Numbered from the stretch's first letter, positions 8,737-17,923 are shown. The stretch: DNA of 64,000 bases from Acidobacteria bacterium RIFCSPLOWO2_02_FULL_65_29 (GCA_001767435.1 MEKT01000174.1:36299-100298); one strand, 5' to 3'. The notes: a model not told the origin generated them from the sequence alone. Program-made: numbers and translations.

Positions 8737-9357
8737 CTAGTCAATCGTATCAAACGGCGTCGGCGGGCGAAACGATCGTCGATGTGCGTCCGAGTAGCCA
8801 AACCGCGCAACGGCGTTGAGATGGTCGGCGGTCGCGTAGCCTTTGTGACGATCGTATCCGTACCGCGGGTCGCGGTCGTGCAGCGCCACCATGTCGCGAT
8901 CCCTCGTCACTTTCGCAAGAATCGACGCCGCCGCGATCGCCGCGCAGCGGCGGTCGCCGTGCGGCACGGCGCGCTGCGCCATCGGAAGATCCGGGACGCG
9001 AAACGCATCGACCAGCACGATGTCGGGAAGCGGCGTGAGCGACATGACGGCCCGTTGCATCGCTCTCAGAGAGGCCTGGTGGATGTTGATCTCGTCGATC
9101 TCGCGCGGACCCGCGGACGCGACCGCCCAGGCCACCGCCTGCCGGATGATGGCGCCGCACAGCCGCTCGCGCTCGGCGGCCGGCACCATCTTGGAATCGC
9201 TCATACCCGGGATGTGCCGAAGCGGATCCAGCACCACGGCTGCGGCGACCACCGGCCCGGCCAGACAGCCGCGCCCGACTTCGTCGACCCCGGCGACGCA
9301 GCAGAAGCCGGCACGCCTCAGCGCGTTTTCCAGCGTCCGCGTCGCCGCGATGCGCAT
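8737..9357 (-). CDS. rnhB: ribonuclease HII
   Basis: ORF 8737..9357, with motifs VAGVDEVGRGCLAGPVVAAAVVL and DSKMV...R. Confidence 0.9.
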   Translation of the reverse strand: MRIAATRTLENALRRAGFCCVAGVDEVGRGCLAGPVVAAAVVLDPLRHIPGMSDSKMVPAAERERLCGAIIRQAVAWAVASAGPREIDEINIHQASLRAMQRAVMSLTPLPDIVLVDAFRVPDLPMAQRAVPHGDRRCAAIAAASILAKVTRDRDMVALHDRDPRYGYDRHKGYATADHLNAVARFGYSDAHRRSFRPPTPFDTID

Positions 9358-9365
9358 AGGGAAAC

Positions 9366-9394
9366 GTAGAAGTCAGAAGTTACTTCCTACTTCC
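9366..9394. repeat. GTAGAAGT-CAGAAGT / TACTTCC-TACTTCC inverted word pair
   Basis: Located between rplS and rnhB. The right arm encodes the last codons of L19. The same AGAAGT word recurs at 36458-36471 and 49668-49701. Confidence 0.7.
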
Positions 9395-9742
9395 CTCCCG
9401 GCTTTCTTCTCTCTGCTCCATGCGCGCCGCCTTTCCCTTCAGGTCGCGCAGATAGTAGAGCTTGGCGCGGCGCACTCTGGCCGACCGCGTCACTTCGACC
9501 TTCTGGATCGTGGGCGAATGCAGCGGAAAAATGCGCTCGACGCCCTGCCCGAACGACACTTTCCGCACCGTGAACGACGCACGCGCGCCGCCGCGATGCA
9601 CCCCAATCACGACACCCTCGAAGATCTGGATGCGCTCCTTGTCGCCCTCGCGCACCTTCACGTGCACCTTGACGGTATCGCCCGACTTCATCGCCGGACG
9701 ATCGGCGATCTGCGGCTGTTCCACGACTTCGATGGCGCCCAT
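9380..9742 (-). CDS. rplS: 50S ribosomal protein L19
   Basis: ORF 9380..9742, with [55 protein letters not shown]. Confidence 0.95.
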   Translation of the reverse strand: MGAIEVVEQPQIADRPAMKSGDTVKVHVKVREGDKERIQIFEGVVIGVHRGGARASFTVRKVSFGQGVERIFPLHSPTIQKVEVTRSARVRRAKLYYLRDLKGKAARMEQREESREGSRK

Positions 9743-9770
9743 GTTCGTGCTGCTCCTTGTCTGACTTGAC

Positions 9771-9790
9771 GGCGGGTCTGAAGACCCGCC
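9771..9790. repeat. REP-like palindrome GGCGGGTCT-GA-AGACCCGCC (GCRGGWCT-NN-AGWCCYGC family)
   Basis: Perfect 9-bp arms, located between the trmD stop (9791) and the rplS start (9742). Confidence 0.85.
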
Positions 9791-10564
9791 CTACGTCTTC
9801 TCCGGATCTGCGGCCAGCTGGCGCAGAATCTCCCGTTCCTCGTCGTCGAGCGCCGCCGACGCCAGCAGGTCCGGCCGGCGCGCCAGCGTTCGACCGATCG
9901 CCTCGCGCTTCCGCCACCGCCGGATCTCGGCGTGGTTCCCCGACAAGAGCACGTCGGGCACCTTGAGAGCCGCCGCCGGCGCCGCCCCGCCCCGCGCCAC
10001 GATCGTCAGCGCCGCCGGCCGCGTGTACTGGGGAAAGTCGAGCAGCCCGCGGCTGAACGAATCCTCGGCGACCGACCGCTCGTCTCCGACCACGCCGGGA
10101 ACGAGCCGTGCGACGCTGTCGACGATGACCAGCGCCGGCAGCTCGCCGCCGCTCAACACGTAGTCTCCGATCGAGATCTCCTCGTCGACTCTGGCCCGCA
10201 CGCGCTCGTCGACGCCCTCGTACCGGCCGCACACGATCGTGAAGCCGGGCTTGCGGCTCAGCCGCTCGGCCACCTCCTGGGTGAGCGTCGTGCCTTGCGG
10301 CGAAGTCAGAATCACCGCCGGCACTGTCTCCACCGTCGCCGCAATCGCGTCGAGCGCGCGAAAAATCGGCTCCGGCTTCAGCACCATGCCGGGGCCGCCT
10401 CCGTAGGGCACGTCGTCGACGACGCGATGCCGGTCGGTCGTGAACGCCCGCAGGTCGTGCACATGCACGGCCAGCGCGCCGCGCTCGATCGCGCGCCCCA
10501 CGATGCCGGCCGTCAGCGCCTGCTCGACCATCGCCGGAAAGATCGTGACGATGTCGATTCGCAT
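9791..10564 (-). CDS. trmD: tRNA (guanine37-N1)-methyltransferase
   Basis: ORF 9791..10621 trimmed to the internal ATG at 10564 ([13 protein letters not shown]...). Motifs are [17 protein letters not shown] and [13 protein letters not shown]. Confidence 0.9.
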   Translation of the reverse strand: MRIDIVTIFPAMVEQALTAGIVGRAIERGALAVHVHDLRAFTTDRHRVVDDVPYGGGPGMVLKPEPIFRALDAIAATVETVPAVILTSPQGTTLTQEVAERLSRKPGFTIVCGRYEGVDERVRARVDEEISIGDYVLSGGELPALVIVDSVARLVPGVVGDERSVAEDSFSRGLLDFPQYTRPAALTIVARGGAAPAAALKVPDVLLSGNHAEIRRWRKREAIGRTLARRPDLLASAALDDEEREILRQLAADPEKT

Positions 10565-10586
10565 CTCGGACGCTAACGTTGACGTT

Positions 10587-11159
10587 TCACTGCTCACTTC
10601 CGGTCGCTGGCCTTGCGGCAACCGGTTGAGACCGCGCGTTCAATTCGAGCAACCCGCGTGGGGGCGCAATCACGATGCGCCCGCCCGGCACGTCGATCGT
10701 CGTGCAAATCTCGAGCACGAACGGCACGAGCACCTCGGCGCCCGCGGCCTCGACCACCAGCCGGCTTCCGCCCGCGCCGCCCTCCACGCCTCTGACGATG
10801 CCGAGCGGCTCGCCGGCGCGAGTCTCGACGCGGCACCCCACGAGATCGTGGTGATAGTAGGTTCCAGACGGAAGCGGCGCGAGCCACTCGACCGGCACCC
10901 GAAGCTCCAACCCGGCCAGGCCGCTCGCCGCGTCCATATCCTCGACGCCGCTGACGCCGATCACGGGCCGCGCGCGGTGAAAACGCACCGTCGTCACGCT
11001 GATCGGTTCGACGACTCCGGTGCGATTGATGAACAATTCCGCGCCTGCCCGGAACCGCTCATCCGGAAAATCAGTCTCCGGATTGACGATGACCTGCCCC
11101 TTGATGCCGTGGGCCCGCGCGATTCGTCCGACGACGGCCATTTCCTCCCATTTCGGCAT
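10587..11159 (-). CDS. rimM: 16S rRNA processing protein RimM
   Basis: ORF 10587..11195 trimmed to ATG 11159 ([36 protein letters not shown]). The first 12 track codons are encoded by the ATTGCAGA repeat. Confidence 0.85.
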   Translation of the reverse strand: MPKWEEMAVVGRIARAHGIKGQVIVNPETDFPDERFRAGAELFINRTGVVEPISVTTVRFHRARPVIGVSGVEDMDAASGLAGLELRVPVEWLAPLPSGTYYHHDLVGCRVETRAGEPLGIVRGVEGGAGGSRLVVEAAGAEVLVPFVLEICTTIDVPGGRIVIAPPRGLLELNARSQPVAARPATGSEQ

Positions 11160-11189
11160 TGCAGAATTGCAGAATTGCAGAATGACAGA
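11158..11189. repeat. octamer tandem repeat ATTGCAGA x3 plus one degenerate unit
   Basis: Units are ATTGCAGA ATTGCAGA ATTGCAGA ATGACAGA, filling the spacer between the KH gene and rimM. Confidence 0.9.
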
Positions 11190-11195
11190 ACGCAA

Positions 11196-11468
11196 TCACC
11201 CTTTGTACGGACTGTCCCGTATCTCCAAGGTCACCGTCTTGCCTTCCTTTTCCCCCGCACTGGCGGCGAGCGTGCGGAGGGCGGCCGCGGTGCGTCCTTG
11301 CTTCCCGATCACGCGGCCAAGCTCGCCAGGGCCGACGAACAGTTCGATGAGCGTGGTCCCCTTGTGCTGGGACTCCCGCACCTGCACCTCGCCGGGCCGA
11401 TCCGTCAGCGCGCGCGCCAACACTTCGACGACGGCCCGGACGGCGCTCTTCTGATCCTGCGCGCTCAT
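11196..11468 (-). CDS. KH-domain RNA-binding protein (YlqC/UPF0109 family)
   Basis: 3' part of ORF 11196..11828, from ATG 11468: MSAQDQKSAVRAVVEVLARALTDRPGEVQV...ELFVGPGELGRVIGKQGRTAAALRTL. It forms an ATGA overlap with rpsP. Confidence 0.85.
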   Translation of the reverse strand: MSAQDQKSAVRAVVEVLARALTDRPGEVQVRESQHKGTTLIELFVGPGELGRVIGKQGRTAAALRTLAASAGEKEGKTVTLEIRDSPYKG

Positions 11469-11740
11469 TTCGCGGGCGCGGCCGCGGGAGCTGGAACCGC
11501 AGGCCGCGTCAGATGGCGCGCGAGGAGCGTGCGCACCGAATCGGACGGCTGCGCGCCCTTCTTCAGCCAATGCTCCACGCGCTCCGTGTCGATGTTGACC
11601 GCCGCCGGCTTGGAGCGGGGGTTGTAGTGTCCGAGAATTTCGACGAAGCTGCTGTCGCGCGCGGCCCTGGAATCGGTCACGACCACACGGAAGAACGGGC
11701 GCTTCTTGGATCCCGCCCGTCGAAGACGAATGACGACCAT
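11465..11740 (-). CDS. rpsP: 30S ribosomal protein S16
   Basis: 3' part of ORF 11465..11989, from ATG 11740: MVVIRLRRAGSKKRPFFRVVVTDSRAARDSSFVEILGHYNP. Confidence 0.95.
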   Translation of the reverse strand: MVVIRLRRAGSKKRPFFRVVVTDSRAARDSSFVEILGHYNPRSKPAAVNIDTERVEHWLKKGAQPSDSVRTLLARHLTRPAVPAPAAAPAK

Positions 11741-11804
11741 CGGCTGCACTCCTTGATACGGCTCGGGGCTCGCGACCCGAGTCGAGAATACGCTGCACGG
11801 TGCG

Positions 11805-11892
11805 GGCAGGACTGAAGTCCTGCACCACAACTCTGGCAGGACTGAAGTCCTGCGCGACAACCCTCGGGTGTAGTGCAGGTCTTTAGACCTGC
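11805..11892. repeat. three REP-like palindromes: GCAGGACT-GA-AGTCCTGC x2 (inside a 30-bp tandem duplication) and GCAGGTCT-TT-AGACCTGC
   Basis: Hairpins lie at 11806-11823, 11836-11853 and 11875-11892, all with perfect 8-bp arms, in the ffh-rpsP spacer. Confidence 0.9.
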
Positions 11893-11912
11893 CTGCCATC
11901 GAGCCCCGGGGA

Positions 11913-13274
11913 CTATCCCCGGTTGCGCAGCATCTGCATCGCGCGGCGGCGCGCGTGCTTGCCTCCGCCCGACAGCCCGGCCATGCCACCGAGCGACTTG
12001 AGCATCTTCTGCATCTGGACGAACTGCTTCAGCAGTCTGTTCACCTCTTCAACCGACGTTCCGCTGCCCTTCGCGATGCGCTTGCGGCGGCTGCCGTTGA
12101 TGATGTGTTGCCGGCGTCGTTCGTCGGGCGTCATCGAGCTGATGATCGCCTCGATGCGTGTCACCTGCGTCTCGTCGGGCTTGTTCTCCGCCAGCGCCTT
12201 CAGATTGCCCATGCCCGGCAGCATGCCGATGACCTGCTCGAGCGGCCCCATCTTCCGGATCGTCCTGAGCTGATCACGGAAGTCCTCGAGCGTGAACTCG
12301 TTCGCCCGGATCTTCTGTTCGAGCCGCTCGGCGTCCTCGACATCGATCGCGCTCTCGGCGCGCTCGATGAGCGAAAGCACGTCGCCCATGCCGAGCACGC
12401 GCGAGACGACCCGATCGGCGTGGAACGGCTCGAGGTCCTCGAGGCGCTCGCCGCTGCCGACGAACGCGATCGGCACGCCAACGACCGAGACGACCGATAA
12501 CGCCGCGCCGCCGCGCGCGTCGCCGTCCATCTTGGTCAGCACCACACCCGTGACGCCCACGCGGGCATGGAACTCGCCCGCGCTCTTGATCGCGTCCTGA
12601 CCGGTCATGGCGTCGGCGACGTACAGCAGGTCGGACGGGTCGGTCGCATCCTTGACCGCGACAAGCTCCGTCATCAGCTCGTCGTCGATGTGCAGACGGC
12701 CGGCCGAGTCGACAATCACCACGTCGAAGCCGAGGGTCGCGGCCTCGGCCACGGCGCTCTTGGCCCGCTCGACCGGATCCACCAGGCCCGCCGGGTCGTG
12801 CACGCGAACCGACGCCTGCTGGCCGACGAGATTCAGTTGCTGAATCGCCGCCGGCCGCTTCACGTCGGTCGAGACGAGCAAGGGATGACGCCCCTCTTTC
12901 GTCAGCCATTTCGCCAGCTTGCCCGCCGTCGTCGTCTTGCCCGCGCCTTGCAGGCCGAGGAGCAGAATGACCCGTGGCCGCTTCGAAGTCTGGCGCAAGC
13001 CGCCCTCGGCATCGCCGAAGAGCGCCACCATTTCGTCGCGGACGATCTTGACGATCTGCTGGGCGGGCGACAGGCTGCGGAGCACGTCCTGCCCCATCGC
13101 CCGATCGCGCACGCGGTCGACAAACGCCTTGACGACCTTGAAGTTGACGTCGGCTTCGAGCAGCGCAAGCCGAATCTCGCGAAGCGCGGTTTCGACCTTT
13201 TCGGGCGTCAGCCGGGTCCCGCCGCGGAGCGCCTTGAAGGCGCCCTCTAGACGCGAGCTGAGCGCTTCAAACAT
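11913..13274 (-). CDS. ffh: signal recognition particle protein Ffh
   Basis: ORF 11913..13298 trimmed to ATG 13274 (MFEALSSRLEGAFKAL). The GTPase motifs are GLQGAGKTTTAGKLA, DTAGR-like DSAGRL and TKMDGDARGG, followed by a Met-rich M domain. Confidence 0.95.
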   Translation of the reverse strand: MFEALSSRLEGAFKALRGGTRLTPEKVETALREIRLALLEADVNFKVVKAFVDRVRDRAMGQDVLRSLSPAQQIVKIVRDEMVALFGDAEGGLRQTSKRPRVILLLGLQGAGKTTTAGKLAKWLTKEGRHPLLVSTDVKRPAAIQQLNLVGQQASVRVHDPAGLVDPVERAKSAVAEAATLGFDVVIVDSAGRLHIDDELMTELVAVKDATDPSDLLYVADAMTGQDAIKSAGEFHARVGVTGVVLTKMDGDARGGAALSVVSVVGVPIAFVGSGERLEDLEPFHADRVVSRVLGMGDVLSLIERAESAIDVEDAERLEQKIRANEFTLEDFRDQLRTIRKMGPLEQVIGMLPGMGNLKALAENKPDETQVTRIEAIISSMTPDERRRQHIINGSRRKRIAKGSGTSVEEVNRLLKQFVQMQKMLKSLGGMAGLSGGGKHARRRAMQMLRNRG

Positions 13275-13279
13275 TGAAC

Positions 13280-13296
13280 GTGGGGCTCCGCCCCAC
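13280..13296 (-). other. 7-bp GC hairpin GTGGGGC-GGA-GCCCCAC immediately upstream of the ffh start
   Basis: The hairpin is a perfect inverted repeat. It ends 5 nt before ATG 13274, and the only GGAG in the 5' region sits in its loop and stem. Confidence 0.35.
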
Positions 13297-13563
13297 ACCC
13301 CGGCTCGGTCGCTCGCGGGGACCCCTACGCCCCGCGCCGCTCCCTCGACCTTCGACTCCGCTCAAGTCGACCCTGAGCAACGTCGAAGGGTCGCAGGCGC
13401 GCCGTGCGCGCCTTGCCCGTCATGCGGGAACGAGTACAAAATTCTCGGGTCGACCGGCATAACGGGAATCGACGACTCATCGCCCGCTAATCCGCTCTAC
13501 CGCAAACACTTATCGTAGCGGACGAGCTTCGCGGCTGTCAAACGCCAAAGAGCGATCGTGCGG

Positions 13564-14808
13564 TCACACGCTCGACAGCTTGTGTCCGAGCTTCTCCTTC
13601 TTGGTCTTCAGATAACGACGGGTCGTGTCCGACGCCGGAATCTCGAGCGGCAGCCATTCGCTGACCGAGAGGCCGTGCCCCTGAATCCCGACGAGCTTGC
13701 GGGGGTTGTTGCTGAGGAGGCGCATGGAGCGCACCCCGAGGTCGCGCAGGATCTGCACACCCATGCCGTAGTCGCGCTGGTCGGCCTTGAAGCCCAGTCG
13801 TTCATTGGCCTCGACCGTATCGAAACCCTGGTCCTGCAGCTCGTAGGCCCGAATCTTGTTGCCGAGGCCGATGCCGCGTCCCTCCTGATTGAGGTACAGC
13901 AGCACGCCACGGCCTTCGTCGGCGATGCGCTGCAGGGCCGCATCGAGCTGCGGACCGCAGTCGCACCGGATCGAGTGCAGCACGTCGCCGGTCAGGCACC
14001 GGGAATGCACGCGGACCATCACATCCCTGCCGTCGCCGATCTCACCCGTCACGAGCGCGACGTGTTCCTGCTTGTCGATCTGATTCTCGAAGACGTGGAC
14101 CATGAATTCACCGTGCGCGGTCGGGAGCTTGGCCGACGCCAATCGCTTCACCATGATTTCGGTGCGCATTCGGTACTTGATCAGGTCCGCAATCGTGATC
14201 ATCGGCAGCTTGTGCTTGCGCGCGAACTTCGCGAGCTGCGGCACGCGGGCCATGGTGCCGTCCTCGTTCATCACTTCACAAATCACGCCGGCCGGATACA
14301 GCCCGGCGATACGCGCGAGATCCACGGCCGCCTCGGTCTGGCCGGCACGCACGATCACGCCGCCGGTCCGTGAACGCAGCGGGAACATGTGTCCCGGCCT
14401 GGCCAGATCCGCCGGCCGCGTGGCCGGGTCGATCGCCGTCAGCACCGTCGCGGCCCGGTCGTTGGCCGAGATCCCGGTGGTCGTCCGGTTCTTGCCTTCG
14501 ATGGACACACAGAACGCGGTCTCGAGGCGCGAGGTGTTCTGCGCGACCATCAACGGGACGTCGAGCTCATCGAGCCGTTCGGGCGTCATCGACAGACAGA
14601 TCAGCCCCCGGCCGTAGCGCGCCATGAAGTTGATCGCCTCCGGCGTCACCTTCTCGGCGGCGATGGTGAGATCGCCTTCGTTCTCCCTGTCTTCGTCGTC
14701 CACGACGATGATCATCTGGCCGACGCGGAAGGCCGAGACGGCGTCTTCGACCCGTGCGAAGGGGTTGGACGACCGCCGCGCGCCTTTGGCGATTTCAATC
14801 TGCTTCAT
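13564..14808 (-). CDS. ribBA: bifunctional 3,4-dihydroxy-2-butanone-4-phosphate synthase / GTP cyclohydrolase II
   Basis: ORF 13564..14808, with [13 protein letters not shown] and [23 protein letters not shown]. Confidence 0.95.
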   Translation of the reverse strand: MKQIEIAKGARRSSNPFARVEDAVSAFRVGQMIIVVDDEDRENEGDLTIAAEKVTPEAINFMARYGRGLICLSMTPERLDELDVPLMVAQNTSRLETAFCVSIEGKNRTTTGISANDRAATVLTAIDPATRPADLARPGHMFPLRSRTGGVIVRAGQTEAAVDLARIAGLYPAGVICEVMNEDGTMARVPQLAKFARKHKLPMITIADLIKYRMRTEIMVKRLASAKLPTAHGEFMVHVFENQIDKQEHVALVTGEIGDGRDVMVRVHSRCLTGDVLHSIRCDCGPQLDAALQRIADEGRGVLLYLNQEGRGIGLGNKIRAYELQDQGFDTVEANERLGFKADQRDYGMGVQILRDLGVRSMRLLSNNPRKLVGIQGHGLSVSEWLPLEIPASDTTRRYLKTKKEKLGHKLSSV

Positions 14809-14826
14809 CGGTGCCTCTGCTGACCC

Positions 14827-15456
14827 TCAGTGTCGCACGTCACTCGCGCCGAGCGGTGACAGCGTGAGCCCGGCCAGCTCCACGGCGCGCACGACGTACT
14901 TCCCGATCATGTCGCACTCCAGGTTGACGCGGTCGCGAACCTTCAAGGCCTGCATATTGGTGTGCTCCATCGTGAACGGGAGCACCATCACGTCGAACCG
15001 GCCGCTTCCGAGTCCGGCGATCGTGAGGCTGATGCCGTCGATCGCGATCGATCCCTTCGGCACCAGATAGGGCGCGAGCGCCGGCGGAAAGGCCACCGTG
15101 AGCCAGTGACAATCGGCGTCCCGGCGAAGCTCTTCGACGTGGCCAACGGCGTCGACGTGCCCCTGCACGAAATGGCCGCCGAACCGGCCGTCGGCGCGAA
15201 GCGGCCGTTCGAGATTCACGAGCGCACCGCGCGCGAGCGACCCGAGCGTCGTCACGCGCAGCGTCTCGGGACCGACGTCGGCGTGAATCTCCGATGCCTC
15301 GGCCAGGATCACCGTCAAGCACACGCCGTTGACCGCCAGGCTGTCTCCAGCAGCCAGCTCGGCGGCCATCGGCGAGCCGATGCGCAGCCTGGCGCCGCTC
15401 GTCGTCGGCTTGCGCTCGACAATGTCGCCGACCATTTCAACGAGGCCCGTGAACAT
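14827..15456 (-). CDS. ribE: riboflavin synthase, alpha subunit
   Basis: ORF 14827..15456, with [12 protein letters not shown]...[13 protein letters not shown]...[11 protein letters not shown]. Confidence 0.9.
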   Translation of the reverse strand: MFTGLVEMVGDIVERKPTTSGARLRIGSPMAAELAAGDSLAVNGVCLTVILAEASEIHADVGPETLRVTTLGSLARGALVNLERPLRADGRFGGHFVQGHVDAVGHVEELRRDADCHWLTVAFPPALAPYLVPKGSIAIDGISLTIAGLGSGRFDVMVLPFTMEHTNMQALKVRDRVNLECDMIGKYVVRAVELAGLTLSPLGASDVRH

Positions 15457-16525
15457 ACCCTTCGATCAGCACATCCGGCCCGAGGGGCTCCACGCGCGCT
15501 TCGAACAGGCCCGCGGAGGAAAACGGCCGCCCGCTCAAGAACCGGAGACCCGCGGGACCCAGCGTGTGCGGCGTGACGTACAATCGCACGAAATCGGCGA
15601 CCCCTTCGTCCCACGCCGCCAGATGAATCGCGGCACCCCCCTCGAGCAGAAGCGAGCAGATCGTCCGTTCGCCGAGACAGCCGAGCGCCGCGCGCAGGGT
15701 CGCATCGGGAGCCACAACAATCGTCGCACCCCGTGCTTCGAGGCGGCTGCGCACATCTGCATGGCTGGCTCCGCCAGCCGTTGTCACGATGATGACAGGC
15801 CCTGCGTCGTGTGTCGAGAGCAGACGTGCGTCGGGCGGCGTGCGCAAGCTGCGGTCGAACACCACGCGTGTGAGCGGACGGGCGCGGTACGCGCCCCGCG
15901 CGGTCAGCAACGGATCGTCGGCGAGCACGGTGCCCACGCCGACGCCGATCGCGTCGACTTCGGCCCGCACGCGCTGAGCGTGGCGGTCGGCGGCGTCCGA
16001 GGTGAGTCGAGTCCGCCGGCCTGGCGCCTCGGCGATGCACCCGTCCCGGCTCGTGGCAGCCTTGAGCACGACAAAAGGCCGGCGCTCGCGAATCAGTGTG
16101 AAGAACGGCTGATTGAGCGTCGTGGCCGTCGTCTCGCCGAGCCCGACCTCGACCCTCACGCCGCGCTGGCGGAGAAAGGAGAAGCCCTGGCCGCGCACGA
16201 TCGGGTTCGGATCCTCGACCGCGGCGACCACCCGGGAAATCCCGGCGTCGACGATGCGGACCACGCACGGCCCCGTGCGTCCGATGTGCGCGCAGGGCTC
16301 GAGGGTGCAGTACAGCGTTCCGCCGCGCGCGCGCGTCCCCGCCGCGTCGAGCGCGCGCACTTCGGCGTGCGGGTCGCCCGCGCGCTCGTGAAATCCCTGC
16401 CCCACCACCACCCCGTCGGCCGACACCACCACGGCGCCGACCAGCGGGTTCGGACTGGTGCGTCCGCGGCCGCGGGCCGCGTGAAACAGCGCACGCGCCA
16501 TGTAGTCGGACGGGGTGAGCGTCAC
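15437..16525 (-). CDS. ribD: bifunctional riboflavin biosynthesis deaminase/reductase RibD
   Basis: ORF 15437..16738 trimmed to GTG 16525 (VTLTPSDYMARALFHAARGRGRTSPNPLVGAVVV); ATG 16501 is an alternative. The deaminase motif is HAEVRAL...CTLEPCAHIGRTGPC. Confidence 0.9.
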   Translation of the reverse strand: MTLTPSDYMARALFHAARGRGRTSPNPLVGAVVVSADGVVVGQGFHERAGDPHAEVRALDAAGTRARGGTLYCTLEPCAHIGRTGPCVVRIVDAGISRVVAAVEDPNPIVRGQGFSFLRQRGVRVEVGLGETTATTLNQPFFTLIRERRPFVVLKAATSRDGCIAEAPGRRTRLTSDAADRHAQRVRAEVDAIGVGVGTVLADDPLLTARGAYRARPLTRVVFDRSLRTPPDARLLSTHDAGPVIIVTTAGGASHADVRSRLEARGATIVVAPDATLRAALGCLGERTICSLLLEGGAAIHLAAWDEGVADFVRLYVTPHTLGPAGLRFLSGRPFSSAGLFEARVEPLGPDVLIEGYVHGPR

Positions 16526-16530
16526 GGAAT

Positions 16531-16575
16531 CCTTCGAACCGGTTTCACAACGTTTAAACCACGAAGGCACGAAGG
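16531..16575. repeat. CCTTCG ... CACGAAGG-CACGAAGG inverted word pair
   Basis: Located in the ftsY-ribD spacer. CCTTCG at 16531-16536 is the reverse complement of the CGAAGG in the two tandem octamers at 16560-16575. Confidence 0.75.
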
Positions 16576-16589
16576 TTCTTCTTTGTTTG

Positions 16590-17513
16590 TCACCATTTTT
16601 CTTCGAACAAGCCGTCCACGTACTCGTCCGCGGAAAACGGGACCAAATCGTCAATGCCCTCGCCGACGCCGACATAGCGTATCGGCAGATCGAGATCGTG
16701 GGCGATCGCCACGGCGACGCCGCCCTTCGCCGTGCCATCGAGCTTGGTCAGCACGATGCCGTTGACGCCGGCCACGTGCATGAACTCGCGGGCCTGCGCC
16801 AGGCCATTCTGGCCCACCGTGGCGTCGAGCACGAGCAGCACGTCCTGCGGCGCGCCGGGCACTTCGCGAGCCGCCACACGACGAATCTTGTCGAGCTCGC
16901 CCATCAGATTGACCCGCGTGTGCAGCCGCCCCGCGGTGTCGACCAGAATCGGATCGCGGCCCCGGGCCTTCCCCGACGCGATCGCATCGAAGACGACGGC
17001 CGCCGGATCGGCGCCTTCGCGCGCCCGCACCATATCGACGCCGGCGCGATCCGCCCAGATCTCGAGCTGCTCGACGGCCGCCGCGCGAAACGTGTCGGCA
17101 GCGCAAATGAGCGGCTGGCGCCCGTCTTTTTTCAGGAGGTTCGCGAGCTTGCCGACCGTCGTGGTCTTGCCCGTGCCGTTCACGCCGACGACGAGCATCA
17201 CGGTGGGCGCACCTGCCGATCGGGGCGCGCGACCGACGGCCGCGAAGATCGCGCGGATTTCCTGCTTCACGACGTCGCGCAGGCTCATCCCGTCGCGCGG
17301 CCGGCCCTTCACGGCGGCGAGAATCCGACCGGTGGCCGCCACGCCGACATCGGCCGAAATCAGCAGCTCCTCGAGCGCCTCCATCGTCTCGACATCAACG
17401 GCGCGCGATCGGCCCTCCGGGGCGTCGGCCCGTCGAACGATGTCTTCAAAGCGTTCGACGAGCTGCTGCTTGGTGCGGGTGAGACTCGCGCGGATCCGGC
17501 CGAACACGCCCAT
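16590..17513 (-). CDS. ftsY: signal recognition particle receptor FtsY
   Basis: ORF 16590..17585 trimmed to ATG 17513 (MGVFGRIRASLTRTKQQL). Motifs are VGVNGTGKTTTVGKLA, DTAGRLH and TKLDGTAKGG. Confidence 0.9.
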   Translation of the reverse strand: MGVFGRIRASLTRTKQQLVERFEDIVRRADAPEGRSRAVDVETMEALEELLISADVGVAATGRILAAVKGRPRDGMSLRDVVKQEIRAIFAAVGRAPRSAGAPTVMLVVGVNGTGKTTTVGKLANLLKKDGRQPLICAADTFRAAAVEQLEIWADRAGVDMVRAREGADPAAVVFDAIASGKARGRDPILVDTAGRLHTRVNLMGELDKIRRVAAREVPGAPQDVLLVLDATVGQNGLAQAREFMHVAGVNGIVLTKLDGTAKGGVAVAIAHDLDLPIRYVGVGEGIDDLVPFSADEYVDGLFEEKW

Positions 17514-17520
17514 CCGTGTG

Positions 17521-17526
17521 ATCTTA
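17521..17526 (-). promoter_or_regulatory. -10-like TAAGAT exactly 7 nt upstream of the ftsY ATG (candidate leaderless promoter)
   Basis: The minus strand reads TAAGAT-CACACGG-ATG (ATG at 17513). No Shine-Dalgarno sequence lies between them. Confidence 0.4.
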
Positions 17527-17705
17527 TCAGCCCGCGGCGAAAAGTCTGGCGTCGCACAGAGACGGGCAAGGCGTCCGGCCGGCAAGGCACGACAACCTAG
17601 TCGCGCCGGACGGCCAGCGATTTCTCTTTCGTCGTTTCACGACCACGACAGCGGGCGACGAGCCGAGGCAGATGGCGATTGTCCCCAACTGGACGGCCAC
17701 GTTGC

Positions 17706-17737
17706 CGAAAAAATGGGGAAAGGCGGCACCGCCCGCC
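17706..17737 (-). terminator. terminator-like GC hairpin + T-tract in the middle of the 455-bp ftsY-upstream spacer
   Basis: The minus strand reads GCGGCGGGCGGTGCCGCC followed by TTTCCCCATTTTTTCGG. The stem is only 5-6 bp (GGCGG/CCGCC), so the call is weak. Confidence 0.35.
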
Positions 17738-17923
17738 GCATTGGGTAGTGGGGCTGTTTGGCCGCTCGGTCGGAATGAGCAACTCGGCAGTCGGTAAACA
17801 GCACGGCGTTACTCGATATCCATCGTCGTTCGGCTGGCTGTTCGGGACGATCTCCCGCGCTCACCACGCGGTCCTCTGGATCCGACACGGCCGGCGACGC
17901 CTGAAGCGCCTTTTGGCGCCGAA

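Noticed and set aside
13421-13500. Short ATG ORF and possible small gene in the ribBA-ffh spacer.
   Set aside because: The translation (MRERVQNSRVDRHNGNRRLIAR) is not protein-like. The region is better described as GC-rich hairpin repeats.
16526-16589. An FMN (RFN) riboswitch, expected upstream of ribD.
   Set aside because: Only 64 nt are available and none of the conserved RFN blocks is visible. The spacer is occupied by the CCTTCG/CACGAAGG repeat. A covariance-model search would be decisive.
17793-17804. GTGCTGTTTACC on the minus strand, which resembles the CUGUUUACC stretch of 4.5S/SRP RNA, next to ftsY.
   Set aside because: The invariant downstream GGUCAGGUCCGGAAGGAAGCAGCC domain is absent, so this is not an SRP RNA gene.
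17637-17888. 83-aa minus-strand ORF, and the overlapping plus-strand ORF 17679..18110, in the ftsY-upstream gap.
   Set aside because: Third-position GC is only about two-thirds by my count, whereas real genes here look much higher. The sequences are Arg/Pro/Ser-rich with no motifs. The region was treated as non-coding.
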